A DNA stretch of 64,000 nt from NCBI GenBank assembly GCA_965226495.1, contig OZ245365.1, forward strand, positions 4,256,001 to 4,320,000. Direction: 5' to 3'. This DNA comes from Candidatus Marinacidobacterales bacterium (lineage in GTDB: Bacteria; Acidobacteriota; Vicinamibacteria; Marinacidobacterales; DATDRI01). The number at the start of each line of letters is the position of its first letter. Position 1 is the stretch's first letter. A program made the position numbers and the translations under genes. The notes beneath the pieces are model-generated. The model was not told the DNA's origin. It did no database searches and worked only from the letters and a program-made list of their open reading frames with translations. Shown here piece after piece: positions 49,235 through 59,069 of the stretch.

Positions 49235-50758
49235 TCACTGTTTTGGCGGTCTTTTCTCTTGCTCACCTGTTGAATCTGATGCACCCTGACCAATATAGCC
49301 GAGCGCTTCCAATCGGCGTCGGGTTTTTTCGTCCAGCTGCAACTCGTTCTCCGTGTACGTTTGCATAGCCGACGCCTCGCATCGGGCCAACCAGGATTGT
49401 GCGAAGTCTATCATCTTCGCGGCCAGCTCAGGTTTGGCCGCGCTTACGTCTTCGCTCTCGCCTGGGTCGCGTCCCAGATCATAAAGCTCGAGGGATTCTG
49501 TCTCCGCATTCCAGATGCCCTTCCATTCTCGCTGGCGAATCGCCAGGTTGAGATCCCCCCGATTTTCTTTGTGGGGTCGGTAGTACTTTTTCCTGTTGTG
49601 GCGCATCGCGGTCACGCGCATCGAGTTCTCGTCGGCGCCGCCTTCGGGCGTCTCTTGAATCAGGGGGAGCAAACTCCGTCCTCGAAAGCCATCTGCCAGC
49701 TCGGTACCGCCCAGGTACTCAACGATGGTGGGCGCGACGTCCAGCAGCGCCACGGGATGCGACACACGCGTGCCGGCGAACTCGTTGCCAGGAAAACGAA
49801 TGACGAGCGGCACGCGAATGAGCTCTTGATAGACGGATTGATCGTGCTGCCAACTTCCGTGCTCGCCCAGTTCTTCACCATGGTCGGCGAGCACAACGAA
49901 CAGTGTGTTATCCCAGACTCCGGCTTCCTCTAGAGCACGGACGATGCCTCCCAGCCGGTCGTCGGCCTCGGCTACCGTGGCGTCATAAAGCACATCGATT
50001 CGAGGTCCGAGCGCCTTCAAGCGCCGAGCGAGCTCGTCCTGTTTCGCGGTGTTGTCGACCGTACCGAGCGCACGCCTCTCGTCGTAGTCGATGCGCGTCA
50101 GGCGGCGGTAGAGTCGATACGCCTTCTCCACCTCCTGGCGAGTTTCCCGCGACGCTTCCCCGAATCGTTCGACGAAAGTCTGATCGGCCCGATACGGATT
50201 GTGAGGCTCGGTGTTGTGAATGTAGAGAAAAAAGGGTTCGACTGGCCCGGGATCGAATGTACCTAGCCAGGCATTCACAGCCTCGTCATCCACCTGCATA
50301 TCCATAGCCTGAGCGACGTCATACCCCCGCTCGAGCCCGCTCAACGTCCCTCCGTACGGGTTGGCGAAGAATGACGCCGTGTTGTAACCCGCCTGCCCGA
50401 GTCTCATCGGTAAGGTGCGGGCAGTCGCCGCCACCTTGTCTCCGTCAATTAGAACGTTGTGCTCACAAGGCAAGGCGGAGAGAAAGAGAGAGACAACCGA
50501 GGGAAGCGTCCAAGGAGCGGGAGCGCTCGCGTCCTCGAAGAGGACTCCGTCCGAAACGAGGGAGTCGATGTACGGAGAGGTGGGCTTGGCGTATCCGTAG
50601 GCGCCGAGACGATCCGCCCGCAGCGTGTCGATTAAGAAAATGACGACGTTCGGAGTGCGAGAGGGAGTGACCGCTCCATCCCGGGGGGGGTCGGTGGTAC
50701 CACACGCAAAGGCGAATAGTGCGATGCCAAAAGCTAGTCCGAAGATTCGTTTCCCCAT
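49235..50758 (-). CDS. Sulfatase-superfamily lipoprotein
   Basis: Lipobox FAFAC; IDTLRAD, WTLPS, ADHGEE, RLEALGY. Confidence 0.85.
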   Translation of the reverse strand: MGKRIFGLAFGIALFAFACGTTDPPRDGAVTPSRTPNVVIFLIDTLRADRLGAYGYAKPTSPYIDSLVSDGVLFEDASAPAPWTLPSVVSLFLSALPCEHNVLIDGDKVAATARTLPMRLGQAGYNTASFFANPYGGTLSGLERGYDVAQAMDMQVDDEAVNAWLGTFDPGPVEPFFLYIHNTEPHNPYRADQTFVERFGEASRETRQEVEKAYRLYRRLTRIDYDERRALGTVDNTAKQDELARRLKALGPRIDVLYDATVAEADDRLGGIVRALEEAGVWDNTLFVVLADHGEELGEHGSWQHDQSVYQELIRVPLVIRFPGNEFAGTRVSHPVALLDVAPTIVEYLGGTELADGFRGRSLLPLIQETPEGGADENSMRVTAMRHNRKKYYRPHKENRGDLNLAIRQREWKGIWNAETESLELYDLGRDPGESEDVSAAKPELAAKMIDFAQSWLARCEASAMQTYTENELQLDEKTRRRLEALGYIGQGASDSTGEQEKRPPKQ

Positions 50759-50812
50759 CCAGTACCCGCCGTCAATCTACACGGCCAGCCGTGGGGCGTT
50801 CAAACGGGAAAT

Positions 50813-51448
50813 CTAGTGTCGGCTCTCGGCCCACGCCTTCCAACTCTCGGACACTTGCGGCACACTCAGGAGTCGGCTCGCCTCGCCCCGGTCCCGCGTT
50901 AGAATGCGGAACACGTCCCCAATGGTGAGGCCATGGTCGGGCCGTGTGACCACTCGTATCTCATCACCCGCGCCCAGTTCTCCCTCCTCGCGGATACGCA
51001 GATACGTACCCGGCCGCCCGGCGGCGACAAAGCGGCGTGGAAAGAGCGAGTCTCCCATACGGTGGGCGAGCTTCCAGCAGGGCACACGGGGATCGGAGAC
51101 TTCGAGCAAGACGCTACCCACTTCCCAGCGTTCGCCGACTACGGCGTTCGTGATATCGATTCCCTCGGTGGTGAGGTTTTCCCCAAACTCGCCGACCTCG
51201 AGCGGGCGGCCGATCTGCGACTCCCACCATTCCTGGTCTTCGACCGCGTAGGCATAAACCGCCTTGTCTGCACCACCGTGAACCCTTCGGTCGGCTTGAT
51301 CGTCCCCTTGGAGATTGACGCCCTGTACCCGCACTCGACCCGGTACCGGATGCTTCCAAATGGCACTCGTGGCACGCTGGCCTCGGTGATCGAACTCACG
51401 AACGCCGCCCACATTCACGGAACGCACTTGACCCGTCGCGTAGATCAT
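50813..51448 (-). CDS. MOSC domain protein (YiiM-like)
   Basis: GDDQAD..VHGGADKAV, FGENLT, PRVPCWKL. Confidence 0.92.
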   Translation of the reverse strand: MIYATGQVRSVNVGGVREFDHRGQRATSAIWKHPVPGRVRVQGVNLQGDDQADRRVHGGADKAVYAYAVEDQEWWESQIGRPLEVGEFGENLTTEGIDITNAVVGERWEVGSVLLEVSDPRVPCWKLAHRMGDSLFPRRFVAAGRPGTYLRIREEGELGAGDEIRVVTRPDHGLTIGDVFRILTRDRGEASRLLSVPQVSESWKAWAESRH

Positions 51449-51476
51449 TTCTCACCTCCTTACAGTATAGCCCTTG

Positions 51477-51504
51477 GCGGCGGCCCCGAATCGGGGACCG
51501 CCGC
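51477..51504 (-). terminator. GC hairpin downstream of the hydrolase gene
   Basis: GCGGCGG-CCCCG-AAT-CGGGG-A-CCGCCGC; no strong U tract. Confidence 0.45.
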
Positions 51505-51519
51505 ACGCGCTACTCCGGC

Positions 51520-52543
51520 TCACGTGCCGGACTTCACATTCCTGGCGAGGAAATCGCGAATCAGACTAGTAATGAGGGCTCCATCTTCCTCGAGCGCGAA
51601 GTGACCGGTATCGATGAGATGAAACTCCAGGTTCTCGAGGTCGCGCTTGTAGGGGTGGGCACCTTCCGCTGGAAAGATCGGGTCGTTCTTTCCCCAAGTA
51701 ATGAGGGTCGGTGGCTGATACTTGCGGAAGTACGCCTGCCACTCGGGATAGAGAGGCGGGTTGGTTCCATAGTCGTAGAACATGGCGAGCTGTTCCATAG
51801 TCGTAGAACATGGCGAGCTGAATCTCTTGGTTGCCCTCTCGATCCAAGAGACGTTGATCGATGTGCCAGTTGTCGGGGCTGATGGTCTCGACGTTGCGGA
51901 TGCCGTGCGTGTACTGCCACTTGGTCGCGTCGATGGTGAGAAGTCCCCGGAGCTTGTCGCCGTTCTCAGCTGTCTTGTCTTGCCAATACGCCTTGATGGG
52001 ATCCCAGAACTCCAGCAAGCCCTCGTCATAGGCGTTTCCATTCTGGATGAGGAGTGTATCCACCCGCTCGGGGTGTTTGGCGGCCAGGCGAAAACCGATC
52101 GGTGCACCGTAGTCCATGAGGTACAGACTATAGGAGTCGAGGCCGAGCTCGACGGTAAGTTTCTCGACGACATCGGCCATTCGGTCGAAGGTGTAGTCGA
52201 ACTCATCGACCGACGGCATGGGGCTGTTCCCATACCCGGGGTAGTCAGGCGCCACGACGTGGTAGCGATCCGCCAAGGCGGGAATCAGGTTCCTGAACAT
52301 ATGAGAAGACGTGGGGAACCCGTGCAGCAGCAACACCGTGGGCGCGTCGGCAGGACCCGCCTCGCGGTAAAAGATGTCGAGCCCATCGATGGCGACGGTC
52401 TTGTACAAGACGCGAGCGACGTCGGTGGTGTCGAGTGACTCGGCCCGAGTGCGGGTAGTTGACGAGAGTGCGACGATCCCCGCCGACACCATAACGGTGG
52501 CGAGAAGGGTTGCGATCCTCGTTCGCGAAAGTATTCGTTTCAT
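51520..52543 (-). pseudogene. Exported alpha/beta hydrolase frameshifted by a 28-bp tandem duplication
   Basis: [30 protein letters not shown]; duplication at 51764-51819. Confidence 0.85.
51764..51819. repeat. 28-bp perfect tandem duplication
   Basis: GTTCCATAGTCGTAGAACATGGCGAGCT x2. Confidence 0.95.
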
Positions 52544-52574
52544 GACCTTTCTCCTTTCAAAACCGGGCCGCTTT

Positions 52575-53609
52575 TCACGCCGCCCATGGTAAAAGCACCA
52601 GGTTTCCCTTGACTTGGTTTGCTGCAATGAGCCGGTGGGCCTCCGCGGCCTCGCGCAAGGGAAGTACGCGATCGAGAACGGGCCGGATATGACCCGCTCG
52701 CACCTGCTCGATCCCCCACCGATAGTCGGCGACGTCGCCAGACACCGTTCCGCGCAGTTGCTTCTGGGGGAAGAAAAAGCTCCTGACATTGAAAGTCGCC
52801 TCATGGCCCGTTACGAATCCAGCAACAACCACGATGCCGCGGAGCTTGACGGCCGCGGCGGACTGAGCCACGAAATCCCCGCCCAAGTAGTCAACGGCCA
52901 CGTCGACTCCCCGGCCATCCGTCCACTGCCGAACTCGCTCGACAAGGTTTTCCTTGAGCGTGTCGATGACGAGGTCGGCACCGAGAGTCTCCGCAAACTC
53001 GCCTTTGGCGTCGTCGCGGACCGTCGTCGCCACTTCCGCTCCCAAAGCCTTGGCCACTTGGATGGCGAGAGTGCCGGTAACGGAGGACCCGGCGGTGATC
53101 AGCACACGGTCTCCCTCCTTCACTTCCCCGACGACTCTCACGGCACGGACTCCGGCTGGCATCACGGTCGGGAGGGTTGCTAATTCTTCGGGCGAGAGGC
53201 CGCTGTCGTCCCTGAGGGTCCAGCGGGCAGGCACTCTGATGAATTGGGCGTAGGTGCCCCAGGCTCCCATTCCCGTGAGGCGCCAGCTGGGCGCCGAAGC
53301 CATCGGCGAAGCGTCGACGTTTTCTTCCTCCGTGGGGTAACCGGACATCGGTACCACCCGGTCCCCGATCTCGAACCCGTCGACGCCTTCGCCGATGTCC
53401 GCCACTTCCCCGACCGCGTCCGACCCCAAGACGTGAGGCATCGGAATGTCTTGGGTGACCGAACCCTCGCGCAGATAGTGGTCCAGGCGGTTGACGCCGG
53501 CGGCGAGGATCTTGACCAAGACGTGGCCCGGCCCCGGACGAGGAGTTTCGACGTCCTCGTAGCGAAGCACTTCGGGCCCTCCGAACTTCCGCATGACCGC
53601 GGCTTTCAT
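52575..53609 (-). CDS. MDR family (quinone oxidoreductase-like) dehydrogenase
   Basis: [32 protein letters not shown]. Confidence 0.9.
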   Translation of the reverse strand: MKAAVMRKFGGPEVLRYEDVETPRPGPGHVLVKILAAGVNRLDHYLREGSVTQDIPMPHVLGSDAVGEVADIGEGVDGFEIGDRVVPMSGYPTEEENVDASPMASAPSWRLTGMGAWGTYAQFIRVPARWTLRDDSGLSPEELATLPTVMPAGVRAVRVVGEVKEGDRVLITAGSSVTGTLAIQVAKALGAEVATTVRDDAKGEFAETLGADLVIDTLKENLVERVRQWTDGRGVDVAVDYLGGDFVAQSAAAVKLRGIVVVAGFVTGHEATFNVRSFFFPQKQLRGTVSGDVADYRWGIEQVRAGHIRPVLDRVLPLREAAEAHRLIAANQVKGNLVLLPWAA

Positions 53610-53663
53610 TCCTGATTACCTCCGTACCGAAGAACTCTGTTGCTGTCCCACGGTCGTCATATA

Positions 53664-53680
53664 GGCAATGGTTGTGCCCG
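53664..53680 (-). promoter_or_regulatory. sigma54 promoter of the MDR/hydrolase operon
   Basis: Minus strand GGCAC-AACCA-TTGC. Confidence 0.75.
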
Positions 53681-53695
53681 ATCGATCATCTGGCG

Positions 53696-53792
53696 TAACT
53701 AACTGATACCACTAGGATTGGGTCGGTAGCCACGCAGGCGAAATCTCGCGGATCAGCGAGATTTCGCGTTGACAGGGCGCGAGATCTCGCGC
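53696..53792. promoter_or_regulatory. IHF-like site and three palindromic upstream activator boxes
   Basis: Minus strand TATCAGTTAGTTA; boxes GCGAAATCTCGC, GCGAGATTTCGC, GCGAGATCTCGC. Confidence 0.65.
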
Positions 53793-53804
53793 ATACTCTG
53801 AACC

Positions 53805-55448
53805 GTGACAGACAGAGGCCGCGGCGATGGGTCGGAGTTCGAATCGCTCAAGCAGATCCTCCTCGACATGGCTCACGAGCGCTCGTTGCCCGCTCTCTTG
53901 AGTCTTCTCGCTGAGCGGTTGCGGAATCTGCGAGAGGTTGCTCTCGCCCGCATCTGGTTGATCCGGCCCGGCGACCTGTGTGCTACTTGCCCGGCCCGAC
54001 CGGAGTGCCCAGACCAAACCCGTTGCCTACACCTCGTCGCCAGCGCCGCCCGCCAAATAAACCCGGACAGCGGAACCGATTGGTTCCGAATGGATGGGTC
54101 CTACCGCCGGTTCCCCCTAGGAATTCGGCATATCGGAAATATCGGAGCGACAGGCGAGCCTCTGTCGCTGGATGACACCGCCGCCGACCACGAATGGTTT
54201 GCTCGCGGCGATTGGCTGAAGAAGGAGGGCGTCAAGAGCTTCGCTGGGCAGCCCCTGATATTCCGAAGCGAGATTCTAGGAGTCCTGGGTGTCTTCCGGC
54301 GTGCCCGCTTCGACGATCAGGAGTTCATGTGGTTGCGCGCCTTCGCCGACCACGCCGCCGCCGCCATCGCCAACGCGCGCGCCTTCGAAGAGATCGAAAG
54401 TCTCAAAAAACAGGTCGAGCTGGAAAACGAGTATCTTCTGGAGGAGGTCAAAGCCGCACACGCCTTTGGACACCTCGTAGGATCGAGCCCGCCGCTCCTC
54501 CGAGTCATCGAGCAGATCGAGATGGTCGCACCGACCGATAGCAGCGTATTGATACTGGGTGAGTCAGGCACCGGAAAGGAGTTGATCGCCCGGGCCATTC
54601 ACGACCGAAGCAAACGGAGTGGGCGCCCGATGGTCAAGGTCAACTGCGGGGCAATCCCCAAAGAGCTGTTCGAGAGCGAGTTCTTCGGACACGTGAGGGG
54701 TGCGTTCACGGGGGCGTTGCAAGATCGAGTGGGCCGCTTTCAACTCGCCGACCACGGGACGTTGTTTCTAGACGAGGTTGCCGAAATTCCGTTGGACCTT
54801 CAGAGCAAATTGTTGAGAGTCTTACAAGAGGGCACGTTCGAGCGCGTGGGCGACACAAGAACTCGAAAGGTAGATGTTCGAGTCATCGCCGCGACGAATC
54901 GAAGCATGGAAAAAGACGTCACCTCGGGGCGCTTTCGCGAAGACCTGTATTACCGCCTGAACGTCTTTCCCATAACTGTCGCTCCGCTCAGAGAGCGCAT
55001 CGAAGACATTCCCGCGCTCGCTGCGGACTGCCTGCAAAAGGCTTCCAAACGGTTGGGAGTGCAGCCACCCAAGCTGAAACAGAGCCACGTGCAGACTCTA
55101 CAGAGTCACGACTGGCCGGGGAACGTGAGAGAGCTGCAGAACGTGATCGAACGCGCGATCATTACCGCTCGCTCTGGCGTTCTCAAATTCGACTTGCCCG
55201 AGATGGCGGGTCGCGACCGCCAAGATACAGAAACCTCGGGCGGACAGAGGAAAGGGCAAGAGATTCTAAAGGATGAGCAGGTCAAGCACCTTGAACGCGA
55301 AAACATCCTCGCCGCCCTCGAGCAAACGAGTTGGAAGATTTCGGGAACCGGAAGTACCGCAGAGGTATTGGGGTTGAGTCCTTCGACCTTGAGGTCCCGT
55401 CTCAAGGCGATGGGTATCCATACCGGCCAAACGCGCCGGCGTATGTGA
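53805..55448 (+). CDS. GAF-domain sigma54 enhancer-binding protein (FhlA-like)
   Basis: GESGTGKE, GAFTGA, LFLDEV, FREDLYYRL, WPGNVRELQN, C-terminal HTH. Confidence 0.95.
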   Translation: MTDRGRGDGSEFESLKQILLDMAHERSLPALLSLLAERLRNLREVALARIWLIRPGDLCATCPARPECPDQTRCLHLVASAARQINPDSGTDWFRMDGSYRRFPLGIRHIGNIGATGEPLSLDDTAADHEWFARGDWLKKEGVKSFAGQPLIFRSEILGVLGVFRRARFDDQEFMWLRAFADHAAAAIANARAFEEIESLKKQVELENEYLLEEVKAAHAFGHLVGSSPPLLRVIEQIEMVAPTDSSVLILGESGTGKELIARAIHDRSKRSGRPMVKVNCGAIPKELFESEFFGHVRGAFTGALQDRVGRFQLADHGTLFLDEVAEIPLDLQSKLLRVLQEGTFERVGDTRTRKVDVRVIAATNRSMEKDVTSGRFREDLYYRLNVFPITVAPLRERIEDIPALAADCLQKASKRLGVQPPKLKQSHVQTLQSHDWPGNVRELQNVIERAIITARSGVLKFDLPEMAGRDRQDTETSGGQRKGQEILKDEQVKHLERENILAALEQTSWKISGTGSTAEVLGLSPSTLRSRLKAMGIHTGQTRRRM

Positions 55449-55460
55449 CTGGAGTCGACT

Positions 55461-55913
55461 ATGACGGGTTCATATCTTGCTCAAGATGAGAACTATATGC
55501 GCCGCTGCATCGAGCTCGGGCGCGCGGCCTCGACGGAGGGAGAATCCCCTGTCGGGTCGCTCGTCCTGCGCGACGGGCGTGTCATCGCCGAAGCCAGCGA
55601 GGCAACCATGAGGGACTTCGATGTGACCGCGCACGCGGAGATCCTCGCGATCCGCGGAGCCACACGCGCCGCCCGTTCTGCCGATTTGAGTGGGTGTACG
55701 CTCTATACGAACGTTGAGCCTTGTGTTCTCTGCTCGTACGCGATCCGAAAATCCCGAATCGACAGGGTGGTCATTGGCATCCCCGCCGGCGCGTTGGGAG
55801 GCCTCAGCTCGAGCTATCCCATCCTCCGCGACGCGGACATTTCATCCTTCGGAGCCCCGCCCGCCATCACCCAAGGGGTTTTAGCGAGCGAATGCGGAGA
55901 AGCTATCTCTTAG
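55461..55913 (+). CDS. TadA-like nucleoside deaminase
   Basis: TAHAE and EPCVLC zinc motifs. Confidence 0.88.
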   Translation: MTGSYLAQDENYMRRCIELGRAASTEGESPVGSLVLRDGRVIAEASEATMRDFDVTAHAEILAIRGATRAARSADLSGCTLYTNVEPCVLCSYAIRKSRIDRVVIGIPAGALGGLSSSYPILRDADISSFGAPPAITQGVLASECGEAIS

Positions 55914-57222
55914 AACGCCGGCTGGGCCGGGAACCGAGTTCCTTGGGTAGGCTGGCGCCAGCGTTTTTGCCCCCGCCGCTCGCCAAGTCCGCCAGATCGA
56001 TACCGGTCGCGTTCTTCATTTGCTCGAGCATCACCACCGCGCTCCGGGTGAGGTTCTTGACGTAGTTGGACATGCCCTCGCCGTCGCCGCCATCGAGAAT
56101 GGTCAGCTTGTCGATGTGCAAGTTCTCGGCGATGACCCGGGTCACCTTGTCGAGAAGCTCGGGCAGCATCCGGATGAGAAAAAGCTCCCGCGTGGCGCCA
56201 TCTTCCCATTGAGCCCGCATCAACTCCACGGCCTCCGCAGTGGCTTTTCCATTTTCGAGAATCCTGGCCGCCTTGCCTTGAGCTTCGAGAAGCATCGCCT
56301 GGCTCCGAGCCTGTGCGGGGACGACGGTGTCGGCCTGCTCGCGCTGGATGCTGAGCTCGGCGCGCTTGCTCTCGAGATCGATCTGCTCTTCCGCACGCGC
56401 GATGTCGCCGGCGACCTCGGACTTTTGCTCGGCCCGGTTGGTTTTGGCTTGTAAGTCGGCACGCTGCACCGCGAGGGCGTTTTCTTCCTTGACGATCACC
56501 ATGTCGGCCTGGATCTCGGCCTCACGGCCCTTACGTCGTTGCTCGGCCGCCACCTGCCGAGCTTCGGCATCCGCTTCCGCTTCCGCGATTTGCGCGTCGC
56601 GACGGACCACGGCGTTGCGCTGCCGGCCGATCGCTTCCATGTAGCCCTGATCGTCGGAGATGCTTTGGATCTCGAAGATGTCGAGCACGATGCCGAGTCG
56701 GCTCAAATTGGTGCGCGCCCGCTGAGCCACTTGATCGGCAAGCTCGAGCCGTTGCGCGTTTGCCTCTTCGGGGCTGACCGCGGCCACCACTCCACGAAGC
56801 GAGCCTTCGAGAGTCTGCTGTGAGGTCCGAACTATCGCGTCGCTGCCTTTCCCCAAGAAACGCTCGATGGCGTTTTCCAGTCCCTCCTCCGAGCGTCCGG
56901 CAAGCTTGACGTTGGCCCGCGCCTCGATGGTGACTGGAATCATCCCCTTGCACATCGCCTTAGGAAGACGGAGCTCGATGGGGGTCGTGGTAAGAGAAAG
57001 CCGGGCCACCGATTCGAGAAACGGCCACTTGAACCCGCGGCCGCCGCGGAGGACCCGATAGCCGACCCTCGCGCCGTCCGGCAAGCGGCGCCTTCGGCCG
57101 GACAGGATCACGATCTCGTTCGGCTGGCAGATGACGATGTTCGTCTTGATAAATGTAAGCAGTAGGATTACAGCAAGAACCCCCAGCCCCACTGCAATAC
57201 CAATAATTTGTGCTTGATCCAT
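55903..57222 (-). CDS. Flotillin (SPFH) family protein
   Basis: N-terminal TM, PNEIVILSG, NAIERFLG, LEGSLRG, ISDDQGY, AEA coiled-coil repeats. Confidence 0.9.
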   Translation of the reverse strand: MDQAQIIGIAVGLGVLAVILLLTFIKTNIVICQPNEIVILSGRRRRLPDGARVGYRVLRGGRGFKWPFLESVARLSLTTTPIELRLPKAMCKGMIPVTIEARANVKLAGRSEEGLENAIERFLGKGSDAIVRTSQQTLEGSLRGVVAAVSPEEANAQRLELADQVAQRARTNLSRLGIVLDIFEIQSISDDQGYMEAIGRQRNAVVRRDAQIAEAEADAEARQVAAEQRRKGREAEIQADMVIVKEENALAVQRADLQAKTNRAEQKSEVAGDIARAEEQIDLESKRAELSIQREQADTVVPAQARSQAMLLEAQGKAARILENGKATAEAVELMRAQWEDGATRELFLIRMLPELLDKVTRVIAENLHIDKLTILDGGDGEGMSNYVKNLTRSAVVMLEQMKNATGIDLADLASGGGKNAGASLPKELGSRPSRRSKR

Positions 57223-57253
57223 TGCTCTAACCTCTCGGTGTCGAAACGCACCC

Positions 57254-58691
57254 CTACACGCCGTAATACAAAGAGAACTCGCTCGGGTGCGGGCGCAAAC
57301 GAATAAAGTCGATCTCTTGTTTGCGCTTCAGCTCGATCCAGGTCTCGATGAGATCGGGCGGGAACACGTTGTCCTTGAGGAGGAACTCGTGGTCCCGTTC
57401 TAAAGCTTCGATCGCCTCGTCCAGTGAACCGGGTGTTCTCGCGATCGCATCACCTCGTTCCGTGCCGGCGAGCTCGTAGATGTCTTCGTCGATGGGCTCG
57501 GGCGGTTCGAGCTTCTTCTGGATACCATCGAGACCGGCCATGAGGATCGCAGCAAAAGCGAGGTACGGATTGCAAGACGGATCCGGCGTGCGAAACTCGA
57601 TACGCTTGGCGGCGGGGCTCGTCGCGAACATGGGTATCCGGATGCAGGCACTTCGGTTTCGCTGCGAGTAGACGAGGTTCATCGGTGCCTCGTAGCCCGG
57701 CACGAGTCGACGGTAGGAGTTCGTGGTCGGGGCGACGAACGCGCAAAGCGCTGACGCATGCCTTATCAGCCCACCGATGAAGTGGCCCGCCATCTCGCTG
57801 AGATCGGCATAACGGTCCGTCTCATAAAAGAGGTTGCGGCCGTCCTTCCAGAGGCTCACGTGAACGTGCATGCCGGAGCCGTTCTCCTCGAAGAGCGGCT
57901 TGGGCATAAAAGTCGCAGTCTTGCCATAGCGGTGAGCGACGGTTTTGATCACGTGCTTGAACTTGATCGCGTTGTCGGCCGCGCGCAAGAGGGTGCCGAA
58001 ACGGAAACCGATCTCGTTTTGTCCAGCGGCGGCGACTTCGTGATGATGGAGCTCGACGTCGATGCCGACTTCCCTCAAGATCGTGGACATCTTCGAGCGC
58101 AGGTTCTGGTAGGCATCGACCGGCGAGGCCGCGAAGTAAGCCAGCTTGCGCCCTGCCCGGTGGGCGAGATTAGGCTCGCCTCCCTTACCCGTATTCCAAA
58201 AAGCGCCTTCGCTATTGACGAAATAGTAGCCGTGCTGCGTCGCCTGGTCGTAGCGCACATCGTCGAAGACGAAGAACTCGAGCTCGGGACCGAAAAAGGC
58301 ATCGTCGGCGATCCCCATTGACCGCACCAGGCGCTCGGCCTTGCGGGCCACACCACGGGGATCGCGGCTGTACGGCTTGAATCCGGCCGGATCGATGACG
58401 TCGCAAAAGACCGAGATCGTGGGATCGTCGAAAAACGGATCCAGAAACATCGAGCCCGGATCCGGTAAGAGCTTCGATATCGCTCTCGTTGATCTTCTGG
58501 AAACCGCGCACCGATGAGCCATCGAACCCGACTCCTTCTCGGAAGGAGCCTTCGTCCACGCCCTCCACCGGAAAGGTCAGGTGTTGCTGCATGCCGAATA
58601 GGTCGACGAACTTGAAATCGACGAACTGAATGCCCTTGTCGCTAATGGTTCGAAAGACGTCGCGGGCAGTAGTGACGCGCGTTTTGCTCAT
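57254..58691 (-). pseudogene. glnA: Type I glutamine synthetase with a 1-nt frameshift at ~58475
   Basis: FDGSSVRGFQKINESD, then a frame change to KLLPDP...GPELEFF, HHEVA, TFMPKP, NGSGMH, RLVPGYEAP, NRSA, IEFR. Confidence 0.9.
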
Positions 58692-58711
58692 CTTAATCTA
58701 TCGAGTTCCTG

Positions 58712-59050
58712 CTACTGTACGGTCCGCTCTCCCCGTTCACCGGTGCGAATGTTGATTACGTCGTAGAGCTCGGTGACGAAGATGATCCCGAAGCCGCCGC
58801 TTTCTTGTCCACCCCGTACGATCGCGTCGATGGCTCTCTCCACCATTTCTTCTTTGAGCGGGAGCTCGATGCGGATCTTTTGGAAGAGAGACACCTCGTG
58901 AGGAACGCCGCGAAAAATACGCACCTCGGCGCCCTCGGGGGCGGTGCCGAGGATGTTGGTGCAGGTCAAGTGCTTGATCTGCGCCTCGAACAAGGCGCTT
59001 TTCACCGCCGGAAACTGTTGCGGCTGGATGACGGCAACGACCATCTTCAT
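58712..59050 (-). CDS. Atypical P-II family nitrogen regulator
   Basis: MKMVVAVIQP..., FRG, KIRIE, IRTGERG; lies between amt and glnA. Confidence 0.85.
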   Translation of the reverse strand: MKMVVAVIQPQQFPAVKSALFEAQIKHLTCTNILGTAPEGAEVRIFRGVPHEVSLFQKIRIELPLKEEMVERAIDAIVRGGQESGGFGIIFVTELYDVINIRTGERGERTVQ

Positions 59051-59069
59051 GACATTCCTACTCTTCGGG

